Positions 1-14,461 of a DNA stretch of 64,000 bases are shown here, in pieces. The notes under the pieces are model-generated. The model had not been told where the DNA came from. It ran no database searches and saw nothing but the letters and a program-made list of their open reading frames with translations. The translations under genes were made by a program, and so were the position numbers. Numbering within the stretch: position 1 is the stretch's first letter; the number at the start of each line of letters is the position of its first letter. This DNA is from Eledone cirrhosa (Eukaryota): NCBI GenBank assembly GCA_964016885.1, contig OZ024742.1:232004001-232068000 (forward strand), given 5' to 3'.

Positions 1-40
1 TACTCCTCCACCACTGTGGGACTTGTGAAGAAATATCTGC

Positions 41-103
41 ACATACATACATACATACATACATACATACATACATACATACATACATACATACATACAT
101 ACA
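41..103. repeat. (TACA)n microsatellite (second tract at 670-718)
   Basis: Direct reading of the sequence. Confidence 0.95.
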
Positions 104-719
104 TGGTGGCTGCCAACTCGTTTTCGAGTACGGCCACTACTTTATATCCATGTAGGAGAACCCCTACCGATGCGCTGAACGAGTGTGACGTTTTAGTCCA
201 GCCTGCGACTTGAAAACTCTGGTACAAACACTACACTTGTGACAATTATTGACACATAGTGCTGGGCCTATGGTACCATGTGACGACAAGTGCAGAGAGA
301 TCTCCAGATATAAAGCAATGCCTGTGCCGTGAAGCTTTTATAGTGAGCAAAGGCACTGCACAAAGCCAGTCCCACTCTCTTAACCAAGATGATATTTACC
401 AAAAAGAATAACAAGTCAACATCATTGGATACCATCAGGGTTGCAGGTGTTATATCAGAGTTTTCCTTCTCCTAGAATTCTGCCTTGACAAAGGCTAAGG
501 GGTCATCTCTCCCGGTGATTTTGGATGGCCATTGACTCTTAAGAGCTCCTTTGCCCTTTGACAGGTTTTGTTTTTAGTCCTGCAGGATGTCCAAAGTCAC
601 CCTCCTCACCAAGAAACTTTGGTGTTGTTGCCAGTTTAGTCGCCAACGACCCGACCATGAGACAGGTTGTACATACATACATACATACATACATACATAC
701 ATACATACATACATACATA

Positions 720-2790
720 AATGTGAAAACGCATCACTAGAACAGCCGTTAAAACAGCAAAATGTAACGATGGGCAAAAATGCCTCAGAGGACAGAGACC
801 AATGGTCAACAGAGAGACAATCCACAAGGTGGGTGACAGGCAGATGAAATATAGAAAATATTGAAAGAGAAGGAAGACAAAGAAAAATGTGTTGGCGCAC
901 AGAAGTGACTGGAAGAAGGAAATGAAGGAAGGCGATATACAAGACAAATTTATACACAATCTTCACCCTTTGTCTTATACATTGCCTTCCTGTAGTAGTG
1001 CATTCCCTGACAGGGCATTTCCGAATGTAGCAAATGTCCTTTACGATGCTCTGTGTGAGGTGTTGCCTCAATGTCCTTTCACACCATGTTACTCGCACTG
1101 AGAAGCCTTATCTTCTGATGCAGTTTCTGTCTATTCTCCTCGGTATGGCAGATCAATGTAGATCCAAGTTTTATTTATCTTCTCTCGTTTCTTTGTCTCC
1201 TTTTCTTCTTGTTGGAGTCGTGTCTTTCGTCTGCGAATAGTTGCTATTAAGACTAATGGTGGTGGTTGGTGTCGTGTGGGATGTGTATCTGTTTGTTTGT
1301 GTTCTCTTATATTTTTGACAACGTTTCTTACAAAGTGTTGCTCATAGCCTTTTTTTAACAACAATTTCCGAAAGTTGCTTAGCATGGGTCTTTCTTGGAT
1401 TGCCTCGTCGCATCTCTCCGTGTGGTGTATAAGTTCGTTCCTGGCCACTTGGTATTTTAGGCTTTGTGGATATGTAGAGTCTGACTAGAGGAAAACATCT
1501 CTTTTGGCTTCTTTTTCATAGAAGCTGATGGTCGCCTTCCCTGAAGCTAAGGATAGGGTAAAGTCGAGCAGAAGGTTTTCTATTCTGCTTGTGGTGGTGC
1601 TGTGTGTATATACTGCTATGTAAGAGGTACGTTAGGATAGTTTCTTGGTATGTGGTGTTGTCTACTACACAGAACTCTCCTTTATCTGATGGTAGGTAGA
1701 CTAGGTTGTTGTTCTTCGGTGATCTGAGAACTGTCCTTTCTCTGTCTGTCAGGTTGCATGGCGATTGTTGTATGAGTGCTCTTTTCATATTTAGGGTTTT
1801 CTGACATAGTCTATCGGCTCTATTTTTGTATGGATCATCCGTTTCCGGTGGTTAGCCGAACTTTTCTTCGTAGGGGTAAGATTGAGTTTTTTTTGTTGTG
1901 GCCTTGTTCTGTTTTGTCGCCTCCGTTGGGTTGGTGTGTCCATAGAAGCGCATAGGCCATTCTAGAGGTGGGGGTAGTGGTTTTGTGTTCTGGGAGCTTG
2001 TGGGCTATTACGAATGTTGGTTCTTTATCTAGCTGCGATAATTCGTCCACAGTGAATGTCCTGGAGAAGTCCGTGACCACTGGATTGCGTGCCATGGAGG
2101 TGACTGTGGTTGTCATGTGTTGTCATGTGTATATTTGTGTTTGTGTTGTTGTTTGTAGTGTGGTGTTTGTGCTACTGTATGTATATGTATTGTTGGTGTT
2201 GTGCGTGGTGTGTGCAGTGTTGTGTGTATTGTAGAGGCTAGGTCTGTTGTTCCTTGTACCTGTTTTCTGGAGTAGTGTGTCGTCTGTTTTGTGATCTGCG
2301 GAGGAGGTGTTTGATTTCGATTGGTAGTGTTTGCGTGTCATTTGGTTGATTTCCTGTATTAAGTCAGCTGAGTGTTCGTCGGTTGACGGGTGTGGGGGAG
2401 ATTTTCGTGTTGAGATGGTGGAGCTTTTTGTATTTTTCTCGAACTGTTTTGTTGGTGATATACTTACAGATTTTGTTTTTTCATCTCTGAGAAGACACTG
2501 TGTTCTCCAGATGTGTTAGAGATTGTGGTGTTACGTGGTGCATTTTACATTTCTTTATGAGGCAGGTTCTCTCTCGCTTGTCGATGTTGTCACAGAATTG
2601 TTTGAGTGGGAGATACGTGGCCTGGCGGGGGCTTCTAGATATAATGTTGGTGTATCTCAAGCAACATATTTGTATGTGTAATGGATTCCGTAGTTTTCCG
2701 TAGTGCATGTAGTTCAGGGCAGGGTAAGGAGGGTAAGTTATAATGAGTAACGAGGGAGAAGCTAGAATGGAATAAAATACGATAAAAGAG
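720..2790 (-). mobile_element. Degenerate, internally deleted Penelope-like element
   Basis: Minus-strand fragments LTDRERTVLRS..NNNLVYLPSDKGEFCVVDNTTY (PLE N-terminal DKG motif), KRDVFL..DSTYPQSLKYQVARNEL (thumb-like) and YIDLPYRG. Many stops; RT core missing. Confidence 0.6.
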
Positions 2791-2816
2791 ATAAAATTTG
2801 TTTAAATATACATATC

Positions 2817-2877
2817 TGTGTGTGTGTGTGTGTGTGTGTGTGCGTGCGCGCGTGTGTATGTGTGTGTGTTTGTGACT

Positions 2878-2908
<31 letters not shown>

Positions 2909-2918
2909 CGCGCGCGCG
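2817..2918. repeat. (TG)n/(CG)n compound microsatellite
   Basis: Direct reading; alternating purine-pyrimidine tract. Confidence 0.95.
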
Positions 2919-3864
2919 TATGTGAATTCAACAAAAGAAAAGGATAGATACGGGCGTCACAAATAATATTGCAAAATTGGCAATAGGTAAAAAATATCCG
3001 CAGTAAAACTCTATAGGTCTAACTGACATTCTTCTCCCTCGTATTGTTCAACTTAAATATCTTCTTCTTTGTCCACTTAATCCTGAGAGAGTCGTTGGGG
3101 CAGAGTCCTTAAACGCTCCTTCCAGCCGATCCTGTCAGAGGCAACAGTCTCCAACTCAACCAGCTGGATTCCCAAGCGTGACTAGCCAAGCTCATGGGTG
3201 TTATCCAACCATCTTGCTCGAGGTCTACATCTGGGTCTACTGTCGGTTGGTTTTCCCCTTAAATAATTGTTTCTACTTTAGGCACAAGGCCAGCAATTAC
3301 CCAGTGCATTACTGGTACTTTATTTTATCGACCCCGTAAGGATGAAAGGCAAAGTCAACCTCGGCGGGATTTGTTTTCCCCTTAAATAATGCCCAGCGAT
3401 TCTTTCTTGAGACATTCTAACTACATGTTCATAGTATCGGAGCTGTGACATTTTTTTTTTTAATTGAATTTCTCAGTTTTATTTTATCCACGAAAGCATT
3501 TTACGTTATGTACTGAAATACCACCGAGATCCAACTGATCCGGCTGCATCCCAAGCGTGACCAGCCAAGATCATGGATGTTATCCAACCATCTTGCTCGG
3601 AGTCTACTCCTGGGACTCTAAATGTTGTAAATTTAATTTTATACGTATTTGTCTTCGCCATGTAATTTCACATAAGTTTTATTTCGTTTTGGTTTTGTAA
3701 AATACTCCAAGGACTCTGTTTGACTACTTTATCAGAGAGTGACCCCGGCTAGACCAGCAGTATCGTCGGTATGAATCGAAACTATGTACATCTTTCACTA
3801 TAGCTGATGACAACATATATATATATATTTTTTTATTTTTGTCTGATGCCAGTTTTGCAATATT

Positions 3865-4070
3865 TGGCAATATCAGTAGAGCATCAGACACCATGCTTCG
3901 CAGCATAGAGTTATGTCCCTTTACGTTCTTAATTAAAATCCCTCCTAGGTTAGCTTTGCCTTTCATCCTTATGGTGTCGATAAAATAAAGTACCAGTTAT
4001 GCACTGGGTCGATTTAATCGCCTTTCCCTCCCCAAAAAGTTGTTGGCCTTGTGCCTAAATCAGAAACAAT
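3865..4070 (+). mobile_element. tRNA-derived SINE with GCCTTTCATCCTT..GGTCGATAAAAT core (Meta/MESC-like); partial inverted copy at 3264-3372
   Basis: A-box-like TGGCA...GTAGAG head and conserved core; the family recurs at 5182, 14555, 21045, 34795-35180 and 44110. Confidence 0.7.
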
Positions 4071-4772
4071 TTTTTTTTATGTTCACAGCAACATCACCCC
4101 CTCTTCTTTTGTTGAGTTGCACTATTTTACCGCGACCATATCTCCTTCCATATCATGTGACTATTGTCTCGTTCCATCGTTTACACTGTTTAGTTATGGT
4201 GTCTGCTAGCAGTCAATATTCTTCTCTGTACGTGTCACTTTCTTTGTGTTTGGTTTCCTCTCAATAGGTCTAACTGACCCTCTTCGTCACATTGTTCGGC
4301 TTAAATGTCGTACATTTAATTTTATACGTATTTGTGATTGCCACGTAATTTCCCGTAAATTTTGTTTACTTTTTGTCTTATAAAATACTCCAAGGATGGT
4401 TGAGTATCTAATAATTTTATCTAAAAAAACAAAAAGTAGGTTAACCATCGATCATATTGCAACTATCAGTTTCACCATATTTCGGCTCAACCAGCTTCAT
4501 TTTGTGTATGTTGAGATAACATCTCATCATTCATAGTATGAATAGGGATTAATATCAATAACCCATGCATCGATAAACAGTGAAACTCCCCAGGTGTCGT
4601 CGACGTCAACGTTGTTGTTTAGTTCTAGATCGGACCCAAATTAATAACATATTCTAGCCATCCCTTTAAAAATAATAGAATATTTTAGAATGATTGATTG
4701 GTTTTAATTGCTTGAATTATTCACGTGGATTATTTAACAGACGTATTTCATTTCTTCTCAATTTCTTTGCAG

Positions 4773-4855
4773 AATTACTATGACATTGACGTGTAAAATG
4801 AACCTTCGAAATTTCCCATTTGACAAACAAATTTGCTCAATGCAAATAGCAAGTT
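4773..4855 (+). CDS. Cys-loop exon (83 nt) of GlyR/GluCl-like chloride channel subunit
   Basis: Acceptor ttctttgcAG and donor GTaagt. Encodes ITMTLTCKMNLRNFPFDKQICSMQIAS, the C-x13-C Cys-loop signature with FPFD. Not in the ORF track. Confidence 0.92.
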
Positions 4856-5181
4856 GTAAGTATGGCAAGCAAATTATTAGTTTATTTTGTCTAGAAAACA
4901 AAGGCAGCAAACGTTTTACATAAAATATATGTCAACAAGGGCAACGAAGATAACTTCAGTGTGTCCTCCTTTGAATCAACACATGAAAACGAAAGCTTCA
5001 TTCAGCTCAGCAAATGACACAAATGAATACGGGAGATTATTTTAAAAGGGGACTATCAACATATCATGTTCAAGCGTAATACGTGGTAAGCACTACCACC
5101 AATATAGATTATCTACAGATATAGTCAGCAACTGTATATTCAGTTTCCTCCTCAATTTACTTTCCTCTAATATATAACTTT

Positions 5182-5335
5182 AGGCGGCGAATTGGCAGAG
5201 TCGTTAGAATGTCGGGTAGAATGCTTTATGGTATTCGTTCCGGCTCTCTGCTCTCTGAGTTCAAATCTAGGTCAACTTTGCCTTTCATCCTTTCAAGGTC
5301 GATAAAAAAAATACCAGTCTAGTACTGGCGTCGAT
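5182..5335 (+). mobile_element. tRNA-derived SINE (same family)
   Basis: ggcggcgaattggcagagtcgttaga...ctgaGTTCAAAtc...ggtcaactttgcctttcatcctttcaaggtcgataaaa: A and B boxes plus core. Confidence 0.75.
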
Positions 5336-8300
5336 TCTTCCTCTATATCTCTTTCTCATTTCCTCTCTTTCACTTTCTATATTTCTCTGGAAGAAAGCTG
5401 CTGTACCCAGGCCTGGAGAGGGATGGGCTCTGCTTGGCTTTAAATGTCCAAGAAACGCCGTATGTCAATACGGCGCCCCTACACTCGATCAGGAGTTACG
5501 AGACTACCATACCAATATATAACTTTATTGGTGGTGGTGGTGGTGGTGGTGGTGGTGGTCATGGTGGAGCGATACCCAATAAAGAACAAGAATTTATTTA
5601 GGATTCCAGATGAAAAAATGAAAGTGATACCAAGTGTATTCAAAAGCAATAAGTGAGGAATTTTATTAAAATACTAATAAAATTCCAACACATTTTAATG
5701 CATGTTATTTGGGGTTCCTGGTCTTTTACAGTCGGGACCCCATTTCGAAAATCAATAATACCCTGTGACCCTTGCCGATATATTTAAATTTAAAGAAAAA
5801 TACGTTTTCCAAGACTGAAGTGGACTTAATGTTTTATACTTTTCTTATGGAAATATTCTTCAGTTTTTTTATTTTTATTTTATTTATTTTATTTTATTTT
5901 GCTTGCATTAAATGTTGTATTACGGTCCATATATCTATGACTTATTGTATAACATATTCATGGACATTTTATCGAATACTTCAAAAATGAAAGAAATGAT
6001 CTTCGAAACCCTTTCAGAATTTTACCGTAACCCAATTTGTGCCACGACCCATAAGTTAATCTAATCTAATCTGGCCGAGTTTGCACTCACAAATAAGAAG
6101 AACCAGAGTCACCCCTAGGAGTATTGGATTTGGTGTACTTCATATTTGTTTCGGTTGCTGAATACAATCAGGGATCGCTGCTTCTCCTGAAGGTCAATAG
6201 TTCTCTTCTAACTCGACCGGGAGCGCCTTTCCATTGTCAATTTGCATTGATCATCTGCAAAGCCGCATTGTTCACAGAACTACTACACCAGTCATTCGAT
6301 GCGTGCAGTTGGAACTACTGCCACCCATTGATTTGGCAGGATTTTTTTTTTTTTTTTTAATATGGCCGTTGAGTCTTATGAGTTCTTCCGCCCTTTGTAA
6401 GGTTTTGTTTTTTGGTCCTGCAGGGTGTCCAAAATCACCCGTCCCCCTCACCAAGTAAACTTGGTGGGGTTGACGGTTTAGTCACCGACGACCCGACTGT
6501 GTGACAGGTTGTACTGGGTTACATGCTACCAGTAGCACACGAGAGTGACCTGACATAAGTTAAGATAGAGAATAAACATTCTGGAACTACACTTCCATTA
6601 AAAAATATATAAATCCATACTAAAAAATAAGTTAATATGGCTTCATTGTTGATATTGTGTGATTAGTTTTTATTTTATATCTAGTGTCGTAGATCATGTT
6701 GGTTTTAGGTTTATGGACAATATTTGCTTGAGTACGTGGATAGTGTTGGTTTTGAGTTACTTTGTTTGGGTTTATATTAGGGCATGGTTATATATATATA
6801 AATGGTCGTATCATGGCCGAATGGTCATGTTGGGATCGATCCCACTGTGTGACATCTTGGACATGAGCCATTTACCAGAGCCTCGGGTTGACCCGTGCCT
6901 TGTGAGTAGTATTTGGTAGATGGAAACTATTTGGAAGTCCGTTGGATGTCATTCAAAAGGCTAGTCTTGCCACACACTGTCACTTTAAAGCTCCCTAAGA
7001 ACTACGTTATAGGTACACGTGTTTGTGGAATGCTTACACGTTAGTTTCATGAGCAGACTGTTCCGTTGTTGATTGAACAACGGGAACACTCCCCGTCAAC
7101 ACCGACTGAAGCCCATTCTAATGTATATAAATATATTGTATGCTTGTATTTTTTTAGGTTATTGTGGTTTCATTGTTGGATGGTATTTATAAATTAATTG
7201 TTCGGTTGGTCCTGCCTCGAATTCCTTGGTACAGATACTCGTGTCTATGTCCAACTCACTCTCGAAAGTATTTATCGAATATGGTTACCAATTTAGCGAG
7301 TGAAGTTACCAATATAGCGATGGAATTTATTTTGGATGTTGGTTGTGTGAACTGATATTAGTCTGTTGTTGGGTAGTTTATGTTCATTGTGTCGTGGCAG
7401 ATGTTATAGTAGTAACTTGTTGTTAGCTTGATGAATGATTATGTACAAGGCTGGCCTGTCTCATATAAAGCGCTGTGTGGAATGCCGTTGAATGAACAAA
7501 GAAAACATTAAATATATTTATTAATTTAATAACCTGCTACGAGGTTATTGTTGACAATGTAAGAAAACAAGGCTTAAGTTGTGATGTATGCGTGTGTACA
7601 ATGATTCAAAAGATGGTATTTACCGCACTTCTGTAATGTGATGATGGTTGTTGGCCTGGCAGCGAGAGAGACCAAGAGAGAGAGAGAGAGTGAGAGAGAC
7701 CCAAGGGGTCTGTGGGAGAGAGTGGACGACATTTTAACTGCTCGAAATCAACTCTGCAACTCCGTGCTTTGACTCTGGGAGCTGGCTATTTATCACTATC
7801 GCTCATTCTTCTCCAGAACACAAGTCAAAGCAGATGGCCGTTATTTATGTCAAAATTTTAGACATATTGGCGACTAAAAACAGATTCACAATGGAAACTT
7901 ATCTATGAGGCCACTAAAGATTATTTTATTTATGGTCACTTGATAGTTTAAAAGAAACTCTATTGAAGAGAGTATCAACTGACTGCTACATATATATAGT
8001 GTTTTCTTCTTCTTAACCCACAACTTCTGATGGAGTCTTAGGGGCACCGCAGTGACATACAATAAGTCTTGGGCACTTTAAACCTGGAGGAAGCCAGCTC
8101 TCCAGATCTGAATACAGCCGATTTCTTCCAGAGAAGGGGAGAATGAGAAAGAGATATAGAGGAAAACTGCACCTTTACAGTTTTCTTTATGATCTACAAA
8201 TATATATTGACATTATTTTTAGGATTAACCTTGTATTGAAAGTAGAATATGTTCATACATTTAAACTGATGATACATATTCAAAAGACACAGGATGAAGA

Positions 8301-8752
8301 TTAAAAATTGGGAAACAATTTCTGTTTGACACGTTTGTTCTTTAACTACTATAATACGATTCGCCTGAAATTCAACAGCCAATATATGCTTCCTGTGTCT
8401 ATATCACTGATTCTTTGATACAAGCATAGCTGCGTGTAGGGTTTATTTTAAGGAAATTTTAGAACCGTACAGATCTTTGAGACAGGTGTCATGACTCAGT
8501 GTTTAATATTATCCGAGTCTGAGAAGCATTTGTAATGCTATTTGTTTAGAATTTTTTATGAATGTTTCAAGTCTTTTAACCACCATTTACCATGTACGCA
8601 CATGTAATATTTACTGCACAAAATTAGATACCGAAATACGGAAACAGGACTCAACTGTACGTTAAAATAATCACTAGCTGCGTGTCATTTATGGTATTAG
8701 TTGCCATTTAGAAGTACCATCGAGAAGGGGCATTTAATTAGATCGTCTAGAT

Positions 8753-9055
8753 CAGGGGCGTGCTACAGGCGGCCCGCGGGCCATAATCCGGTCCACCAGA
8801 CGAGTCAGAGTGGCCCGCGATGACCGTTTCTAATTTTTACCTTGTAGGCTTATTTAGATTTTTGTTCGTAACCGTAATACAATTTTCTGTTAGTTGACCT
8901 ATACTAAAGGGCTTCACTGATAAGGTTTTTTTAATTTCCCAGTTGCATGTTATGGAAAGAAGTTGTGGTAAATCTTTGGAATAGTGCTTAATGGCCCTAA
9001 TAGTTGTTCCAATGTTCAAAAGTGGCCCGCCAATGGAATATGTTGTACACCCCTG
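8753..9055. mobile_element. hAT (Charlie-type) MITE
   Basis: Termini CAGGGG...CCCCTG, perfect 8-bp TSD GTCTAGAT (8745-8752 and 9056-9063), subterminal GGCCCGC motifs. Confidence 0.88.
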
Positions 9056-9604
9056 GTCTAGATCATTTAAACAATGTGTATATGTAGTTTTCTTAGGCTG
9101 TGGGTGTGAGGACTAGGTGGATATGTATATATATTAAAATATGTATAAACATGTGTGTTTCTTTTAGTGATGAGCGTTGATAAAAAAAATAATCAAAATG
9201 CTCATCTTTAATTCTTTTGAATAAACCGGTGTAAATAAAGAAGCGACCTTTCTGCATCCTACAATAGCAGGAGACTGACATTTCGTCAGCAATTTGAAGA
9301 ATTGACATAACGTATATAATCACTATATCAAAACTTTATGGTCTATATTTTACGACGATAATACATTAGTACATATACTTCACAAAAACTACTAAATATC
9401 TGGGGACTGTCTGATGAGAAAAACATTGACAACTGTACTATATTAATTTTCGACATCAGTTCATTATAAATTCAACTACTGAGGAGACCTTTTGATAGTT
9501 TGGCAATTTAACATGACGCTGGGTTCCATTCGCTTGAATGGAAGAATTGGCTCGAGAACAATATTGATAGTAAAGAATTAGCAAACAATATATCTTGTAT
9601 TGGT

Positions 9605-9895
<291 letters not shown>

Positions 9896-10109
9896 ATTTT
9901 TCTCCTTAATAATTCATTGTTTAATTATCATCCCGCTTACAAACAATCTCTTTGATGGTTTCCATTGAATCAAAAATAAGGGTATGATAGATAAGCAATC
10001 GCTTTTACAACAAAAACAAAGATATTCATTAAAACACACCACTAAAAGTTGTACAGCGAACGATTTCAAATTTGGTGGAGATGTAGAAATGTTCCTAAAA
10101 AAACTCAAG

Positions 10110-10183
<74 letters not shown>

Positions 10184-10328
10184 GGTCAGTTAGTTGTCAT
10201 TTACAATTTTGTTATTTCGAGTTGTTCACATGCGCTGCTTATAAATTTACACTGTTTGTATCGCACGTGTTTAGCAATCGCTCCGTACATCACAGATTTT
10301 GCCGAGTACACATACACGCATACGTGTT

Positions 10329-10367
<39 letters not shown>

Positions 10368-10382
10368 TATATAAAATATACA

Positions 10383-10540
10383 AAATGAAATATACTTATC
10401 CAAGTACCCTGGGCAATGTAGTTTCAGAATATATATGGTTATGGGGGTCTATCTCCAAAACCAGAGGAGGAGTTCGTGAACAAACAAACAAATAAACAAA
10501 CAAACAGACAGGAACTACAACTTTATATATATATATATAT
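10383..10540 (-). mobile_element. Helitron 5'-end fragment (inverted copy of 13450-13600)
   Basis: Reverse complement of the first ~150 bp of the helicase-bearing Helitron at 13449. Confidence 0.65.
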
Positions 10541-11063
10541 TGACCGCCTGGAAACTGTTCAGAGACTTGCAACCAAGCGAATATCCTTCATCAGGCATCT
10601 ACCATACTCTGAACGCTTTGCTTCCCTGGGCATGGATACATTGAAACTCCGACGCCTGGCAACTGACTTGGTAAACACCCACAAAATTATTAACCATCTC
10701 GCCAACAACAACCCTGAGCACCTTTTTGATTTCCATGTCTAACACACGTGAACATGCCCACAAAGTCATAAAACAGCACAGCTCCCATGATTTTCGAAAA
10801 CATTTTTTCACGCTCAAAGTTGCTGAAGCATGGAACGAACTACCTGCGTCAGTTGTTAGCTGCTGAGACACTGCATCCTTTAAAACCTCCATGCTTCCTG
10901 AGATTCGCCAACACTACACCGAATATTCCTCCTCCATACACACGTACACATGTATATCATGACTTATACACTATTCACTTCCCTGACATTTGTATATTAT
11001 TCTATATACTATACATGCACCTTTGACGAGTTGTAGTGCACCTGAGCACTGTACACAATAATT

Positions 11064-11110
<47 letters not shown>
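10541..11110 (+). mobile_element. CR1/L2-clade LINE 3' end with (ATT)n tail
   Basis: DRLETVQRLATKRI..IRHLPYSERFASLGMDTLKLRRLATDL...KHFFTLKVAEAWNELP, a typical CR1 ORF2 C-terminus. The 3' UTR recurs at 62265-62440. Confidence 0.85.
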
Positions 11111-12390
11111 GTTCTTTGAGTCTCAGTCATTGATGTTAGTTAACTGGAAAGTTTGTTGAAATGAATATCAAGCCACTACCTGCAGCCTCAGATATTCAGG
11201 ACGTATCGGAGGGTTCTTGCTGTTCCCAGCAAGCATGCCTTTTGAAGCGTTCCAAAAAGCGTGAAGGGGCCAATTTTCCTTAACCATCCCTGGAAACTTT
11301 TTGAGATAGTCCCTAGTGCGCCTATGACAATCGGGACCACTTTGACTTCATGGCAGTTCCAAATCCTTTTTAACTCCCACTTTAAGTCCTGGTATCGGTT
11401 AATTTTCTCCCTCTCCTTCTCTTGCACTCTCGTGTCGAATTAGCAGGCCACATCCAGAATCAGGCACGATCTTTTTTCTTTGTCCACAACCAGCAGGTCA
11501 GGTCTATTGTGTTCCAGTTTCTTGTCCGTCTGTATCCTAAAATCCCACAGCACCTTCACCTGATCGTTCTCCATCACCGACTCTGGCTTATGCTCATACC
11601 ACTTCTCAGAATGTGGTAAATTGTTTACTTTGCATAGGTGCCAGTGGATCACCCTGCCCATCACATCATGTCTCCAGCCTTTATAGTGAGTCTGGGCTAG
11701 GTGTTTACACTCGGATACAATGTGAACCACAGTCTCCTCTCTCTCTCTCCACAGATCCTGCACAGTGGGCTAGCCTCGTCCTTGTAAATATGGTGTTTCA
11801 ACCACTTCGTTTTGAGGGCCTGCTCTTGCGCAGCCATTAACATTCCTTCTGTAGCCTTTTTAAGGTCTCCTCTTTTCAACCAGTTCCATGTCTGTGGATC
11901 TCTGAATTCAGTTTTCTCAAAGAAGGTACTATGAAGGGATTTTTCCTGAAGGCTGCTCTTTCTCCTTGTTGTTATTTCCTCCTTGGACATCCCCTGGTCT
12001 ATTGTCCTCTCCTTCAGTACAGTTCTGAGCATTGGCTCCTTACTATCAGTCACGTATTTGTGTAGGTTGTTTTTCTCCATCTGAACACAGTCCTCTATGC
12101 TGATAAGACCTCTTCCACCTTCAGATCTCCTTAAGTAGAGTCTATCGACATCACTCCTCTTGTGGAACATGTTGTAGATAGTCAATAGCTTCCTAGTCTT
12201 CCTATCCATTTCTTTTTGTTCAGCAACATTCCATCTCAGAATTCCCGCACTGTACCTAATAATAGACACAGCTCGGGAATTTACTGCACTTATGGCATTC
12301 CTACTGTTCAGATGTGACTTTAATACGCTCCTTACTCTCCGAATGTATTCAGTTCTTATCAATTCCTTCATTTTTTTGTTCTTGGTGTCA
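11111..12390 (-). mobile_element. Dong/R4-clade non-LTR retrotransposon, 5'-truncated and frameshifted
   Basis: RLYLRRSEGGRGLISIED, CRICG..ETVVHIVSEC (CCHC knuckle), RHD, and RPDL..D...DVAC..KINRYQDL (restriction-like endonuclease). Flanked on both sides by (ATT)n. Confidence 0.88.
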
Positions 12391-12414
12391 TCATTATTAT
12401 TATTATTATTATTA

Positions 12415-12470
<56 letters not shown>

Positions 12471-12999
12471 CATTATTATTATTATATCTGTTAGACACAC
12501 AGTGACTAACAACAGAATGTTTTAAGTCTGCGTGTCTGACATACATGCGTAGCTTGTGAATAAAAAATCCAAGGGGTATCGCTGGCCGTGGTGATCCTCC
12601 CAAACATCTTTTGTAATGTATCGTCTTATTGGCTAATTTCATCGTCTTATTGGCTAATCAACCAACGAGAGTAATTGTTTCTCAAAAGCATCCGCCACTT
12701 TGTTTGCACGGTTATTTATCGTTTCGCTTTCGAATCTTCCTCCAGTAATTCGTCGTTTATCATCAAAATATTTTTCTCGTTTTGGTAAGTTATATTGTTA
12801 ATTTATATATGATTTTTTTAAATTTATATTAACTATTAAAAGTCTGAAAATATTTTTATACATCTTACAATAATATTTATAAGAATCATTTATAAAATAA
12901 CAATTATATAATCTAATTACATTACAACGATAATGTATTATTAATATATATCATGTTTAACTAGGGTTATTACAAGCGTTGCCTTAAAAAAATATTAAA

Positions 13000-13447
13000 C
13001 TAGACCTGAAAATGCGCAAGCTCAAAAGAGCCACTGACTGTTATAATAAACCTTCAAAAGTGTGGGACTAGAGTTGTTGCTCAAAAATATTGTAATCATT
13101 ATCTATCGTATAATCTGTGGCATCCTTTTATAAAAAAAAAAAAAGAGACTCATAACGAACTCAAGACGACACGATAATTAGTTAAGTGAATTTATAATAT
13201 AGAATTCGGTTTAAGTGCATTTCGTATTAATCATTACTAAACATCTAATGAGATATTGAACATTAGCTTAAATAATTATCGTTTCGTTTTGATTTCGTTA
13301 TGAGTCTCTTTTTTATAAAAGGATGCCACAGAATGTAGGATAGATAATGATTACAATATTTTTGAGCAACAACTCTAGTCCCATACTTTTGAAGGTTTAT
13401 TATAACATTATGTGGCTCTTTTGAGCTTGCGCATTTTTCAGCTCTAG
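13000..13447. repeat. Foldback/MITE-like long inverted repeat (arms 13000-13186 and 13267-13447, ~80-bp spacer)
   Basis: Arms are reverse complements with few mismatches (e.g. gcgcaagctcaaaagagccac / gtggctcttttgagcttgcgc). Confidence 0.9.
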
Positions 13448-13448
13448 T

Positions 13449-14403
13449 ATATATATATATAGTTGTAGTTCCTGTCTGTTTGTTTGTTTATTTGTTTGTT
13501 TGTTCACGAACTCCTCCTCTGGTTTTCGAGATAGACCCCCATGATCATATATTCTGAAACTACATTGCCCAGAGTACTTCTATAAGTATATTTCATTTTA
13601 ATCAAATGGTTCTCCGAGGGCAAATTTCAATAATATTAAGACACCCTAATAGGGGTTAAACCCCCTATAGTGAAAATGTTGGCCAATAAATGGAAGAATG
13701 CGTTGTAACAAGATTGCATGAGAACTTGATTGAAGCAACCATTATATTTGGGGCTTACAAAGGTCAAGCTCTTTTCATTCCGAGGATCCCACTTATAGCA
13801 AGTGATAGCGAGTTGCCTTTTATATTTAAGAGGCTGCAGGTCCTAGTGAGGCCATGCTTTGCCATGAACATCAATAAGAGTCAAGGTCAAACTTTCAAAA
13901 CTATTGGTATAGATCTGACAAACCCATGTTTCAGTCATGGCATGTTTTATGTGGCTGTTTCAAGGACTGGAACTTTAACAAATCTCTACATTTTAGCCAA
14001 TCAAAGAAAGACAAGAAATGTTGTTTACCATGAAGTTCTTCATTAGGACAAAGTATGAAATATATTTTCATGTATTTATTATTTAAAAAAATAAATAATT
14101 AAACTTTGAATTTCTAATTTGAAAATAATGGTTTACACAGAAATGAAATGATCAAGTTTTGAATTGATATTTTGAAAAAATTATTTACAAGAAACAAAAT
14201 AAGAATAAGATTTAATAATGTAATTTTGATTTGATATATTACAAAAAATAATGTTTTCCAGTTTTTCATACATAACATTTTACATTGAGTAATATTGAAA
14301 TGCAGAGTTTTTCTTCATAAATTATATCACTGATTTAAAATCAGTCGTCATTTTCTTACAAAAAAATTGTGTGAAACGCAGCAAGGTGCGGGTAATTTGG
14401 CTA

Positions 14404-14404
<1 letters not shown>
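13449..14404 (+). mobile_element. Non-autonomous Helitron retaining a helicase C-terminal fragment
   Basis: Starts with TA-rich then (TTTG)n sequence; ends with a cgca-gcaagg-tgcg hairpin and CTAG followed by T; carries a PIF1-like fragment. Confidence 0.8.
13690..14046 (+). pseudogene. Helitron PIF1-like helicase C-terminal fragment
   Basis: FIPRIPLI...PFIFKRLQ..VRPCFAMNINKSQGQT....GIDL..PCFSHGMFYVAVSR (SF1 helicase motifs V and VI). Confidence 0.9.

Positions 14405-14461
<57 letters not shown>

Noticed and set aside
5182-5270. tRNA-like A/B-box sequences (also at 14650-14745, 21150-21230 and 32701-32760)
   Set aside because: They are SINE heads continuing into conserved SINE cores; no complete cloverleaf is evident.
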